From the IMG/VR virus record IMGVR_UViG_3300032291_001823, positions 1 through 64,000 of that record: 64,000 nucleotides of DNA; one strand, written 5' to 3'. Within the stretch, counting starts at the first letter, position 1. Each line of letters opens with the position of its first letter. Both the position numbers and the translations under genes were made by a program. Of this stretch, positions 27,072-37,835 are shown piece by piece. The notes beneath the pieces are model-generated. The model was not told the DNA's origin. It did not search any database and worked only from the letters and a program-made list of their open reading frames with translations. Source of the stretch: a virus.

Positions 27072-27796
27072 TGGCCACTCTAAGAAAATTAGTATCTGAC
27101 GTAAGAAGCATGCACAAACTTTTATCAACTGATAGTTTGATAACTGATCGTGCTATTGCGTCTGAAATTAAAAACAATTCTCTTTTATTGATAAAGAGAG
27201 AAACAAATCTTAGAAAACTTTGGGCAACAGACACACTGTTTACAACAATACCCTGCCTTGAAATGGTGGAAGTTCCCATTTCAGAATGTTGTGATTACGT
27301 AGACCCATGTACTATATCAAGGAGTAAAGAAAAGATTCCAAGAATAGCAGAAGGAAACTACCAATACATCATACAAGGTGTCTACTCAATAAATGCAATG
27401 AGTGGTCAGGGAAAGAAACTTAAAGAAATTACAGTAAATAGATATATAAATCTTTTGAAACTTCCAATAATAAAGAAAGAAGCTTATTATTGGATAATAA
27501 ACAATTATTTATATGTAAGTAATCCTCTTCTGAAAGCAATAAGAATGACTGCTTTGTTTGAAGAGGATGTTCCAAACAGCATAATGTTCTCAGAATGCTG
27601 TTGCGGAGAAAGTATAAACATTGACGAGTTTTGCAAAAATCCTTTGGACAAACCTTATTCTCTCCCAGGATATTTGCAAAGTCAGGTGCTTGAACTTACT
27701 ACTAAAAAGCTACTACAAACTTACTTTAGTATTAAAACTGACATATCTGACGATGGTATAGATGGTCAGGCTCCCAATGCACCAAATCTTAAATAA
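27071..27796 (+). CDS. putative tail ring protein
   Basis: crAss-like pattern (RSKEKIP...YYWIINNYLY...ALFEE); synteny before the IHF-like gene. Confidence 0.6.
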   Translation: MATLRKLVSDVRSMHKLLSTDSLITDRAIASEIKNNSLLLIKRETNLRKLWATDTLFTTIPCLEMVEVPISECCDYVDPCTISRSKEKIPRIAEGNYQYIIQGVYSINAMSGQGKKLKEITVNRYINLLKLPIIKKEAYYWIINNYLYVSNPLLKAIRMTALFEEDVPNSIMFSECCCGESINIDEFCKNPLDKPYSLPGYLQSQVLELTTKKLLQTYFSIKTDISDDGIDGQAPNAPNLK

Positions 27797-28269
27797 TGAG
27801 AACCAAGATCGATTGGAGATCGGCAAGTAGAGAGAACTATATAAATTTTTGCAAGAAACATCCAGATGTAAACCTATCATTTGATGCTTGGAGGGATGTT
27901 ATCTATAGATTTAACGAAGCTTTCAGAAATTACATTTTAGAAACTGGAAACAGAGAAAAGCTTCCTTTTGGATTTGGAGAGTTTTCAATAAACAAAAAGA
28001 AAAGGAAGAAACACAAAGGTGCAGAAAGTGAGTTTGTAAATCTCGCTATAGACTGGAAGAAAACCAAAGAGAAAGGGAAAGTTATTTACAATTTCAACTA
28101 CCATACAGAAGGATATTTCTTTGGATGGATTTGGTTTAAAGAAACAGCAAGATTAAAAAACTGTAACTTTTGGTATTTCAAACCTTCAAGAGTTACATCA
28201 AGAATGATAGCACATTACATCAACGCTGACGAAAAATACCAACACATTTACAAAGAATGGAAGAAATAG
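27796..28269 (+). CDS. IHF/HU-like protein of crAss tail module
   Basis: KLPFGFGEFSINKKK...IDWKKTKE...YNFNYHTEGY. Confidence 0.75.
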   Translation: MRTKIDWRSASRENYINFCKKHPDVNLSFDAWRDVIYRFNEAFRNYILETGNREKLPFGFGEFSINKKKRKKHKGAESEFVNLAIDWKKTKEKGKVIYNFNYHTEGYFFGWIWFKETARLKNCNFWYFKPSRVTSRMIAHYINADEKYQHIYKEWKK

Positions 28270-28294
28270 TTTTTACAAATAGAAAGATACAAAA

Positions 28295-29224
28295 ATGAGC
28301 TACTACTATAAATATAATTTTGTAAGCCCAGAACCAGTTTTTTCCGTTATAAAGGAAGAACTGAAAAGCTATTTTGATACAGGAGCTGTTGATGATCTTC
28401 TGTTTCCTACATACTTGGATAAGTGTCTTAGGAAACTTGGAAGAGCTACGTATGAAATTCAAGAAACTTATTTGACAATAGAAGACTTTGAAGCAAGGCT
28501 TCCTGACAACTTCTTTGCTGTAAGAGAAGCTTGGATGTGCACATATGTTGATGGCTATCCTTACAGGTCAGCAAACTCATTCTATTCACAAGCTGCTTCT
28601 CAAACAACAATTCAAGTTTCTCCTATAATTGTAGGTGGTGGTGATGTTTGTGGCAATCCTAGTTGTACAAATCCTTCATGCTCAGGCACTTGTATGCCTG
28701 AGATACAGGCTGTCTACAAGACAAACAATGAGCTGAATATAGCCTACCAAAAATCATACCTACTTAAGCCAGGAAACATCTCTGTAAAAGCTCATTGCTC
28801 ATTAGATTGTGCAAACATTGGGGCTTCTTCTGCAGACAGTTTTGATATAAGGGATAACAAGTTTGTAACAAACTTCAGACAAGGTATTGTCCATCTCGTA
28901 TTTTATGCATATGACTATGATCAGTCAGGAAATCAAATGATTCCTGACAACTACCGTATAAGAGAATATGTTGAAGCGTTTATCAAATATAAAATATTTG
29001 AAACTCTTTCTAATCAGATAAACGACGAGACATTCAATCAAGTTCAACAAAAGCTTGTTTACTATAAACAATTGTCAGATGAAGCATTTATAATGGCTGA
29101 CATAGAAATAAAGAAACAAGATCCTTACGCAAAGCAAAGAAGAATCAAGCAAGATTTGAACAGGTTCAACATGTACGAACTGCCTAATAGGACAAATAGA
29201 TATGGCTGGAGAAGAAACGGGTAA
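28295..29224 (+). CDS. tail tubular/ring protein
   Basis: ARLPDNFFAV...FVTNFRQGIVHLVFYA...MIPDN; lies immediately before the muzzle gene. Confidence 0.7.
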   Translation: MSYYYKYNFVSPEPVFSVIKEELKSYFDTGAVDDLLFPTYLDKCLRKLGRATYEIQETYLTIEDFEARLPDNFFAVREAWMCTYVDGYPYRSANSFYSQAASQTTIQVSPIIVGGGDVCGNPSCTNPSCSGTCMPEIQAVYKTNNELNIAYQKSYLLKPGNISVKAHCSLDCANIGASSADSFDIRDNKFVTNFRQGIVHLVFYAYDYDQSGNQMIPDNYRIREYVEAFIKYKIFETLSNQINDETFNQVQQKLVYYKQLSDEAFIMADIEIKKQDPYAKQRRIKQDLNRFNMYELPNRTNRYGWRRNG

Positions 29225-32200
29225 TATTAAACTGCAACAAGCTGTTGGTAGGATAGGGCTTGACATGGATTCATCTGCAAATCAGGTGGCTCCAGGTAAG
29301 CTTTCATATGCCCTAAATGCAGCATTAGAGAACTACGACTCTAACTCAGTGAACTATCAGAATGAACCAGGAAATGAACTTTGTGTTTCATTTCCTGAAG
29401 GATATTCATTGATAGGTTCACATTTTATAAACGAATCTGGAAAACATATATTCTTTTTAACAAACGATACAACAGGCGATTGTGAGATTGGATATATGGA
29501 TAATAACGATTGTGTTTACAAAACTTACATAAACGCACCTTGTTTAAATTTTAAAGTGAGCAGCCCTATTCATAAGGTTGTTCATAAAATTACAAACTGT
29601 ACCACTGAAATCTATTGGACAGATGGTTTGAACCCTAGAAGGTTTCTAGATTTAAATAACCCACCATACACTACATCTATAGGAGTAAATGTTTGTGATA
29701 GTATTGATACATCTGCAATTGACTGTAACAAATTAAAGATACAGCCTAATTTTTCAATTCCTGAAATAGATGTAACAGATATAGTTAATGGAGGAAATTT
29801 AACTGCAGGTGTGTATCAATTTGCAATACAATATTGTGACGCTGGTGGAGAGCCTTACACATCATACTACTCTGTAACAAACCCCACTCCAATATCCAAC
29901 GAAGATATCATCACTCTTGATTTCAACTATTCTGTAGGAAAGTCTATAGAACTATATATAAAGAATCTAGATCTTACAAGATATTTTGAATATTACAATA
30001 TTGCTGTAATTAAAACAATTAATGCAATAACTTCTGTTGAATTAATTGGTACGTATTTTATTGATAGTTCTTCAAAAACAATCACTTACACTGGTCAGAA
30101 TCAAACACAAATAAGACTTACGTTAGATGATGTGTTTGAAAAATTCCCATATTACGATATTGCAAGTGACGTAACTGCTGTACAAGATGTTATAGTTTGG
30201 CAAGGTCTTACATCTATAGATCAAGTTAACTATCAGAAGATTGCTAATCAAATAACTCTTCAGTGGGAAACTTGGAGAATACCCTCTACAGAAAACTATT
30301 CAAACTCAGTGAATGCCACAAATCTTCGTGGTTATTTAAGAGATGAGGTTTATGCATTTGAAATAGTTTTCCTATTAAAAAATGGTCAACAGACAGATGG
30401 TTTCCATATTCCTGGAAGAACATTGTCAGTTAATGACACATTATATCCAGATGTACCTGATACAAACCCTGACTTTATAGGAGAACCTACGTATTCCTCT
30501 GGAGGAATTGGATATAGCCCTTATTGGAAAATATACAACACTGCCACAGAAATAGATTTCTCAGAAGGATATAGTTCAAACGCAGATTATAAAGGTGCAT
30601 ACAAATATGGTGATTTTGCATATTGGGAATCAACAGATGTATACCCTTGTAATACAGATGTTTGGGGAGATTTAGCAAATCAACCAATCAGACATCATAA
30701 GTTTCCAGATGCGCTTGTAAGCCCTATATTTGAAAGTGCAGTTTATGCATCAGGATCTCCATTAACTCCTGTTGAGACAAAGAATGCAGTGTTTCCAATA
30801 GGTGTAAAGATTGATGTACAACAGATTAATCAACTTGTACAAACATCAGACCTAACTGCTGACGAGAAACAGAACATAGTTGGTTTTAAGATTGTACGTG
30901 GTAACAGAAATACAAATAAGTCTGTTATTGCAAAAGGTATTTTAAGAAACGTAGGAAAGTACAACAGAGAAGGAACAGATTATTATTTTCCAAACTACCC
31001 TTACAACGACCTTAAGAAAGATCCTTTTATTACAACTAAAAGCAATGCTTTCTTAGGTCAGTGTGAAAGTTATAGAATAACTGTACTCACTTCAGGTGAA
31101 TACCAGTATACAGATTGTTACACTGCTGAAGTTGTAGAAGCACCAATGAATGCTGGTGATGTTATTACACAGTGTACAATTGGAACAATTACACTAATAA
31201 GTGGAACTGCAACAATACTAAAAACTTCATGGTATACATACAAAATCTCTTCAATATCAGTTTCAAATACATGGTTTTGGGTTGATCCTGTATCACTTCT
31301 TACAAAAAGTTGGATAGTTGGTCCTGGTCAAACTGTTACAGTGGATTCAAGCATCTTGCCAAATCCTGTACCAGGATTGCCAGGAACATTTACAAGAAAT
31401 GCAATCAGTAATATAAATAATCCTTCTTGTGCAGGAACAGACCTGGATGGATTTTCAACAGACGATTCCAAATTCAGACATGTATTCAACTCTCCAGAAA
31501 CATCCTTTGGAAGTCCTTTCTTAGGAAGTGTTTTGAAGTTGGAAAATGTAATGTTTGGTGCTGGTAGGGCTCACTTTGTAGAAGTGAAGAAGAATGCAAT
31601 GTATAAGCTTATTACAAAAGAAGCACAAGAAGATGCACTGAAAGCAAGTGAAGATGTTTCTAGAATTGCAGGAACTTTTGATGCCACTGCAATGTTTACG
31701 GCTTACCAATCCTACTTACAGATATATATAAATGGTATTACAAGAAAGAATTATGGATATTCTTTCAACTCTATAGCTGAGTATAACTATTCAGCCAACA
31801 TAGATAATAATCTGGGAATTAAACAAAGAGAACTTGATCTCTATCAATATCTTATTCCTGGTGTACAGAATGTAGGAGATAATTATAATATAAACAATTT
31901 CCAAAGAGAGTCTTCTGTTTATTTGAAAACAGCAGGAACTACACCTCTACCATTCCCAGATAAAACAAACAGTCTCATCCTCTCTTCTGGAGGAAGCTTG
32001 ATAAGTGATGATTCAAGATTTACAATATCACAAAAAGACAGTTGTCTCACTCCAGAAAAAGAACAACCTATAAGTGTAGTTAGTTATTACGCAGCAATTA
32101 AGAACATCATCCCTAACCAATGGGGTCAGATGTATTCTTATGAAACAATAGACACAGGAGCGCAAGTAATATTCGACCTATCTAACTCTTATACAGGAAC

Positions 32201-33857
32201 AACTGTTTTTGGTGGAGACACATTTATAAATAAATTCTCATTCAAAACAAAAGTGCCCTTCTTTATTGATAATAGGGTGGGTGCTCCTGATGATAGTGAT
32301 GTGTTCTATGATGAACTTGGAAATATTGGCTATCCAAAGTATTGGCACTCTGCAAGATCTATTCTTAGCAATTACACTGTAGGAGGTGGTACAGGACCTC
32401 TTAAAAATATTATTTCTTACAAAGCACGTAATTTTGATTGCCCAAATAGTCAAGCAGATACATCTGGTAATCCTGGAAGAACATTCTATGATGGAAAGAT
32501 GTACATGTTTACATATGGTATTCCTACATTCTACTGTGAGTCAAGTGTAAACGTAGATCTTAGACAAGCATTTAATAATAAGGAAGGAGATTTCTATCCT
32601 CATGTTAGTACAGGTATTCCTGATGAATGGGTTCAGGAAAGTAATGTAACTATTGCGTTTGACAACACTTACTATTACAATCCATCTTTCTCAAAACAGA
32701 ACACTGAGAATTTTTTCTCACACCTTCCAGTTGATTGGACTGATGATCAATGTTATACAAATTTTCCATTCAGAGCAATATATTCTGACAGACAACAAAG
32801 TTATACAGACAATCGTGTAAATAGTTGGTTGATATACAGACCAATTAGCTTCTTTGATTTTCCACAGAATTATGGAAAGCTTACAAGCTTAGATGGTATT
32901 CAGAATAGAGCTGTCCTTGCAAGGTTTGAAAACAAATCATTGCTTTACAACACCTTGCTAACAATTGATACAAGCAACCCTCAAGCTGCTTACGTAGGAA
33001 ACGACACATTGTTCAGAAGTTCTCCTCCAATAGATTTTGCAGAAACAGATCTTGGTTATGTAGGAAGTCAGAATAAAATGTTGTTAAAGATTCCTCAAGG
33101 ACAGATAACTATTGATGCAAAAAGAGGACAAGTGTTTCTTGTTTCAGGGAACAGTGTACAAGACTTGTCAGCGTTTGGCTCAGGACTGAATAGGTTCTTT
33201 ACAGATCATCTTGCTTTTGAAATACTTAGATATTTTCCAAATGTTCCTACAGACAACCATTTCAATGGTGTAGGATTGCATGGTGTATTTGATAGCAAGT
33301 TTGATAGGGTTATAATAAGTAAACTTGATTATATTCCTCTAAGAAATGACATTAAATACGACGCTGTTAAAGATGAGTTCTACATTGAAACCAAATATAG
33401 AATGCCTAGTGAGGAATTATTTTACAGCGTCATTCGTGAAGTTGTTTATTTAACAGACACTACATATTTTTGTAATAAGTCTTGGACACTCTCTTTCAAT
33501 TTCAATACAAAGAGTTGGGTGAGTTTCCATAGTTATATTCCTAACTGGTATATTGCAGAAAACAATTTCTTCTATTCTGGAATAAATACAGGTTGTGATT
33601 TACATGCAATTGCTGTACAGAGAATACCAACACCAACCACCACTACAACAAGTACAACACGTAGAACCACAACCACCACCACTACAACTACAACACTTGC
33701 GCCTCAATGTACTCTTGCAGGAAATGCTAGAGTTGGTGTTTGTACACTTGCAGGAACTGCAGTGCTAATACCTCCAGTGACTACAACTACAACCACAACA
33801 ACAATAGCAGCAAATTGTACATTGGCAGGAACAGCAGAATTTATTCCACCAGCTTAA
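29202..33857 (+). CDS. muzzle / tail stabilisation protein, N-terminal major part
   Basis: GLDMD...YALNA, IYWTDGLNPRRF, GYLRDEVYAF, IRHHKFPD, FGGDTFI, DAKRGQVF, SWTLSF...WVSFHSY. Confidence 0.8.
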   Translation: MAGEETGNIKLQQAVGRIGLDMDSSANQVAPGKLSYALNAALENYDSNSVNYQNEPGNELCVSFPEGYSLIGSHFINESGKHIFFLTNDTTGDCEIGYMDNNDCVYKTYINAPCLNFKVSSPIHKVVHKITNCTTEIYWTDGLNPRRFLDLNNPPYTTSIGVNVCDSIDTSAIDCNKLKIQPNFSIPEIDVTDIVNGGNLTAGVYQFAIQYCDAGGEPYTSYYSVTNPTPISNEDIITLDFNYSVGKSIELYIKNLDLTRYFEYYNIAVIKTINAITSVELIGTYFIDSSSKTITYTGQNQTQIRLTLDDVFEKFPYYDIASDVTAVQDVIVWQGLTSIDQVNYQKIANQITLQWETWRIPSTENYSNSVNATNLRGYLRDEVYAFEIVFLLKNGQQTDGFHIPGRTLSVNDTLYPDVPDTNPDFIGEPTYSSGGIGYSPYWKIYNTATEIDFSEGYSSNADYKGAYKYGDFAYWESTDVYPCNTDVWGDLANQPIRHHKFPDALVSPIFESAVYASGSPLTPVETKNAVFPIGVKIDVQQINQLVQTSDLTADEKQNIVGFKIVRGNRNTNKSVIAKGILRNVGKYNREGTDYYFPNYPYNDLKKDPFITTKSNAFLGQCESYRITVLTSGEYQYTDCYTAEVVEAPMNAGDVITQCTIGTITLISGTATILKTSWYTYKISSISVSNTWFWVDPVSLLTKSWIVGPGQTVTVDSSILPNPVPGLPGTFTRNAISNINNPSCAGTDLDGFSTDDSKFRHVFNSPETSFGSPFLGSVLKLENVMFGAGRAHFVEVKKNAMYKLITKEAQEDALKASEDVSRIAGTFDATAMFTAYQSYLQIYINGITRKNYGYSFNSIAEYNYSANIDNNLGIKQRELDLYQYLIPGVQNVGDNYNINNFQRESSVYLKTAGTTPLPFPDKTNSLILSSGGSLISDDSRFTISQKDSCLTPEKEQPISVVSYYAAIKNIIPNQWGQMYSYETIDTGAQVIFDLSNSYTGTTVFGGDTFINKFSFKTKVPFFIDNRVGAPDDSDVFYDELGNIGYPKYWHSARSILSNYTVGGGTGPLKNIISYKARNFDCPNSQADTSGNPGRTFYDGKMYMFTYGIPTFYCESSVNVDLRQAFNNKEGDFYPHVSTGIPDEWVQESNVTIAFDNTYYYNPSFSKQNTENFFSHLPVDWTDDQCYTNFPFRAIYSDRQQSYTDNRVNSWLIYRPISFFDFPQNYGKLTSLDGIQNRAVLARFENKSLLYNTLLTIDTSNPQAAYVGNDTLFRSSPPIDFAETDLGYVGSQNKMLLKIPQGQITIDAKRGQVFLVSGNSVQDLSAFGSGLNRFFTDHLAFEILRYFPNVPTDNHFNGVGLHGVFDSKFDRVIISKLDYIPLRNDIKYDAVKDEFYIETKYRMPSEELFYSVIREVVYLTDTTYFCNKSWTLSFNFNTKSWVSFHSYIPNWYIAENNFFYSGINTGCDLHAIAVQRIPTPTTTTTSTTRRTTTTTTTTTTLAPQCTLAGNARVGVCTLAGTAVLIPPVTTTTTTTTIAANCTLAGTAEFIPPA
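33627..33854 (+). repeat. Thr tracts and three CTLAG repeats
   Basis: ACN-codon runs; CTLAGNA, CTLAGTAVLIPP, CTLAGTAEFIPP. Confidence 0.85.
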
Positions 33858-33876
33858 AACCTTAAAATATTATAAA

Positions 33877-34482
33877 ATGGCACAAACAGTATTAATAACA
33901 TTGACTACGGCAGGAGCTGATACAGGACCTTTTAATCTATTTTCAAATGTAGATGGTTATGTATCTGCGTTTCAAACAGGAGTGGCGAAAGCTTCTCTTG
34001 TTTCAGGATTTACATCTACAGTTGTTCCTGATGGAACATCTATAATAAGGGTGAAGTCTACAAGTGTTCTTTGTCCAAACTTTATAGATTTGGCAGTTTC
34101 TGGTGTCACCACCACCACAACCACCACTACACAAGATCTTATTCAGGTGATTCTTTATGGTAGGCATGATCCAGCTGCTTCTACATTCCCACTTTTGGCA
34201 TTTGCATATTCACAAAACGGAGGAGTTTCATGGACTCAAGTGGGTGCATCTTTTAACGACACAACTTGTACCCAAAGAGCTGTTATCAGTGTACAAAGAA
34301 ACTCATCTCTTTCAATAAAAGTTGTTCAAGATGGAAACGTTGGAAATACATGGCAATCAAGTAGAAGTGGTACAAGCTGTCCTGCTTTTACAATATTAAA
34401 CTGTATTTGGCCAGCAGCAACTGCAGCAAATTCAAATACATACTACTTTACAGTGAATGGTGATAATCAAGGAACTTGTTAA
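33877..34482 (+). CDS. virion protein: TGPF N-module, Thr linker, variable C-domain
   Basis: MAQTVLITLTTAGADTGPFNLFS...VTTTTTTTTQD... Confidence 0.7.
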   Translation: MAQTVLITLTTAGADTGPFNLFSNVDGYVSAFQTGVAKASLVSGFTSTVVPDGTSIIRVKSTSVLCPNFIDLAVSGVTTTTTTTTQDLIQVILYGRHDPAASTFPLLAFAYSQNGGVSWTQVGASFNDTTCTQRAVISVQRNSSLSIKVVQDGNVGNTWQSSRSGTSCPAFTILNCIWPAATAANSNTYYFTVNGDNQGTC

Positions 34483-34491
34483 GAATAACAA

Positions 34492-35361
34492 ATGGCTAAG
34501 ACAATAATCATAAAGTTAACTAGTGCAGGCAGAAGAACAGGCCCCTTTCAGATATTAGATGATAGGGGCAATGTTCTTGCCAATGATGTTTCTAAACAAA
34601 ACATCATTGATGGCTTTACAGTTAGTGTTGCTGATGAAACAAAGGTTATTGTAATAAAATCTCTATACACATGCTGCAACACCTCAATCAACGTCTCAAT
34701 AGGAACAGCTACAAAGGAGGAACTAGCAGCTCAACAATTCAAAGACACAAACACTGCATCTCTTTGGAGGCATTTGACAAACACCACTATTTATAATAAA
34801 TATTACGGCTGTACAAATCCTTACATTATAGAATATTCATTTGCATTTAGATATCAAGATGAGATTCTTCAAAATATAAAAGACTATACAAAGGTGTATC
34901 AATACATTCCTTCAGAATATGGTGTGTTTGATGACAATCTTAAAGTTGAAATAGACAACCAGTATTTTGATAAATCAATTCTTTACAATGGTCAGCAGTC
35001 TTCTGGTGTGTTGAAACTTGTTCCAAAACCAATCAACAACCTGAGTGACTACATGAAATATCCTATTTACAGCGCAGACAGTAAAACAATAACATTTACA
35101 AAAAGCGATAACTTCTACCAGTATAATACATTTTGGTCTTTGGTAAGAGATAAGTCTAAACCACTGTTCCTATCAACATGTGAGTCTCTTTCAATTGACA
35201 AAGTTGTAAACCAATCTAATATGGACTACTCTAAAAGATCCTTTAAGAAGGAACCTTTGAGAGCTAAAGAACTTAAAGTTAGACATATTCTTGATTCAAG
35301 AAGCGACGTACATTTAGTTTCACAATTCTTTGTAACAGCAAACCAAATCTCTTACAAATAA
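34492..35361 (+). CDS. TGPF N-module fused to probable muzzle C-terminal part
   Basis: MAKTIIIKLTSAGRRTGPF...; SLWRH...YNKYYG...PYIIE...FDKSILYNGQQSSGVLKL...LRAKELKVR resembles crAss muzzle C-termini. Confidence 0.65.
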   Translation: MAKTIIIKLTSAGRRTGPFQILDDRGNVLANDVSKQNIIDGFTVSVADETKVIVIKSLYTCCNTSINVSIGTATKEELAAQQFKDTNTASLWRHLTNTTIYNKYYGCTNPYIIEYSFAFRYQDEILQNIKDYTKVYQYIPSEYGVFDDNLKVEIDNQYFDKSILYNGQQSSGVLKLVPKPINNLSDYMKYPIYSADSKTITFTKSDNFYQYNTFWSLVRDKSKPLFLSTCESLSIDKVVNQSNMDYSKRSFKKEPLRAKELKVRHILDSRSDVHLVSQFFVTANQISYK

Positions 35362-35362
35362 C

Positions 35363-37834
35363 ATGGCTAACAAGATTACATGCACATGTGGACATTCCTG
35401 GAATAAATCAGATTCCAGTAAGAAGGATGCAACTGTATGTCATATATGTGGAAAAGATAACACTATGAAAAATGGAGGATGGTTAGATAAATATGAAGCT
35501 CCAAAAGCCCAGAATGGTATAGAAGGAACCATGGGAGGTCTCACTGACAAGGGATTTAATTATAATGGTGCATGGGGTGGAACAATGCAGAATGGTGGAG
35601 GTTTAACATTCCTTGAACCTACAAGTAGAAAGTTACCAAAAGGATATGTTATTCCATATAACACTCCTAGTACAGAGTTAGCAATTTCTGTAGGTGGTGA
35701 AAATGGAGAACCAGCTTATTTAATTCCATCATTTAAGTATGGTAGACATTTAACAGATAAAGATGCTAAAGCTGAATTTAGAAAAACAGGAGAACATCTT
35801 GGTGGTCCATTTAAAACATGGCAAGAAGCTGATGAGTGGGAAAGAACAGTGAGACATCCGTATGTAGAGAAAGGACAAAACATTCCTACACCTCTTAGAA
35901 GATGGGGAAAAGATTTTGCAATGGGTGGGTCTATGCCTGGTGCTGTAGGATTCACGTACGCACGCACAGGAAGTATTCCTTCTAATGGTCCTTATGCAAA
36001 GAAGACAAAGGCTAGTGCACAAGATGGTACAAATGTAAAAAAACCATCGGTTAAACTTTCTCCTGATGAAATAAAAATGGAGCGTTTAAAACAGTATGCA
36101 CAACAAGCTTCTAGAAAAGAAAACCCCAAGTTACAGTCTAGAGGATCTACACCTGATGCTGTTAGAAAGAAGTTGCATGATGATGCTCAAAAGGCAAAAC
36201 TAAAAAACCAAATACTAAAAGGTGCTGACATTGCTACAGACATAATGCAAGTTGGAAACTTTGTTCCTAATCCAATAGGTCAAGCTATTGGTAAAGTTGG
36301 TAATGCAGCTGGTGCTTGGATAGATGCTGCGCAGGCAGCTGGTGATCTTTATAATAGAAATTATGTATCTGCTGCAATAAATGCAGCAAGTGTTGCACTA
36401 CCTAATGTACTTGCAAAGAATGAGTTTAGAAGAAATAGTAAATATTTAAAACCAGGACAACCTCTATACCCATTTAGTCCACAAGCAAGAAATAACTTTA
36501 TTGATAGAGAATATTACATAGAACCTTTTACAAAGGTGAGAGGTATGACAGATAAATCTCTATTAGCAAATCGTGCATTGCTTGGAGTACTTGGTGCTGA
36601 AACAGCTTATGATTCTTATCAGAATGGTGGTGAAATGAAATACTACCAAGAAGGCTTGGATTTCAAACCTAAGACAATCAGTGAAGATGGTTCCATTATA
36701 ACACCTTATGGACAATGGGAATATCCTGGTGAGATAACAACAATTCCATCTAACGAAATAACAATGGAAGGAGTACCTTATCCTGTCCTTGGAATATCAG
36801 ACACTGGTGATACACAGATGATGTATCCTGAGGAAGAATATGAGTTTGATGGAGAATCAGTTACAGAATACCCTGTAATGCAAAAAGGTGGACGTGTTCC
36901 TGTATACACAGAGAATCCAAGAGATCCTAGACTTAGAGCTTATCAGGATAGTTTAAAGTTGCATAACCTTTCTTTAAAAATAGCTAATAGACCAAATGGT
37001 GATATAAGTTATGGAAGAAAGCCTGAAGGTAAGTTTAGTAAAACTTTTACTGCAGCAGATGCTATCGATTACTTATATCCAGTTACTCCTGATGAAATAG
37101 CAATGGTTAAACTGAGTAATAAATCTAAAATATTACCTACAAGACATTATCCAGGAGAAGGTGGTGGTGTACACTTTAAAAAACCAGTGCAACCTGTAGA
37201 ATATAGAAAACCAGAACCTACAACGGTGTATGTTGATGATCTTAACGATCCAAGACTAAGAGCATACCAAGATAGCTTATCTCTTTCTTCAAGACCAAGG
37301 CAAAATCCTAATCCAATGATATCTATTCAGGAGTGGGAAAAGTCAAGAAGCAGTAGTGCTAAAAATTTTAAAGAAAAAGGAATAATGCCAATAGGTATAA
37401 GGGAGTTTTCTGAACAACCTTATAGGAAATCAGAAGCTGTATTTGCAAAACCTAAACAAAAAGTAGAATATAGAAAACCACAACCAAAGAAAGAACAACC
37501 TGTTAAGAAACAAGAACAATCTAAACCTGTTGAGAGAAAGCAGAACGTATATGAAGGTTCTCCTGTATATTCTCCAGGAACAGGAAGTGGTCTACCATCA
37601 GCTCTTATAGGTTTTACTAATCAACAAGGTGACACAACATATATTAAGCCTGAAGACTACGAAAGGTTTGCTGTTCCTAAATATGGAAAAGAGTTTATAG
37701 AGAGTAAGAAGAAACAGAGGAACGGTGGTGTTAACAGTGCTGATGCTCAACCTATTAAGAAGCTAGATCAATTGCTTAACTTTACAAACTATAATAAACC
37801 ATCCAAAGGTGGATGGCTTGATAAATACAACTGA
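35363..37834 (+). CDS. modular cargo/ejection-type protein with repeated xQxGG motifs
   Basis: 823 aa, position between muzzle and vRNAP, about 11 motif copies, internal duplication. Confidence 0.65.
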   Translation: MANKITCTCGHSWNKSDSSKKDATVCHICGKDNTMKNGGWLDKYEAPKAQNGIEGTMGGLTDKGFNYNGAWGGTMQNGGGLTFLEPTSRKLPKGYVIPYNTPSTELAISVGGENGEPAYLIPSFKYGRHLTDKDAKAEFRKTGEHLGGPFKTWQEADEWERTVRHPYVEKGQNIPTPLRRWGKDFAMGGSMPGAVGFTYARTGSIPSNGPYAKKTKASAQDGTNVKKPSVKLSPDEIKMERLKQYAQQASRKENPKLQSRGSTPDAVRKKLHDDAQKAKLKNQILKGADIATDIMQVGNFVPNPIGQAIGKVGNAAGAWIDAAQAAGDLYNRNYVSAAINAASVALPNVLAKNEFRRNSKYLKPGQPLYPFSPQARNNFIDREYYIEPFTKVRGMTDKSLLANRALLGVLGAETAYDSYQNGGEMKYYQEGLDFKPKTISEDGSIITPYGQWEYPGEITTIPSNEITMEGVPYPVLGISDTGDTQMMYPEEEYEFDGESVTEYPVMQKGGRVPVYTENPRDPRLRAYQDSLKLHNLSLKIANRPNGDISYGRKPEGKFSKTFTAADAIDYLYPVTPDEIAMVKLSNKSKILPTRHYPGEGGGVHFKKPVQPVEYRKPEPTTVYVDDLNDPRLRAYQDSLSLSSRPRQNPNPMISIQEWEKSRSSSAKNFKEKGIMPIGIREFSEQPYRKSEAVFAKPKQKVEYRKPQPKKEQPVKKQEQSKPVERKQNVYEGSPVYSPGTGSGLPSALIGFTNQQGDTTYIKPEDYERFAVPKYGKEFIESKKKQRNGGVNSADAQPIKKLDQLLNFTNYNKPSKGGWLDKYN
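36902..37485 (+). repeat. tandem ~100-aa internal duplication
   Basis: VYTENPRDPRLRAYQDSL...FKKPVQPVEYRKPEP versus VYVDDLNDPRLRAYQDSL...FAKPKQKVEYRKPQP. Confidence 0.85.
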
Positions 37835-37835
37835 T

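Noticed and set aside
33855-34494. Readthrough or frameshift fusing the muzzle fragments
   Set aside because: 33877 and 34492 are in frame but separated by two TAA stops. Each ORF has its own A-rich leader, and no slippery site is evident.
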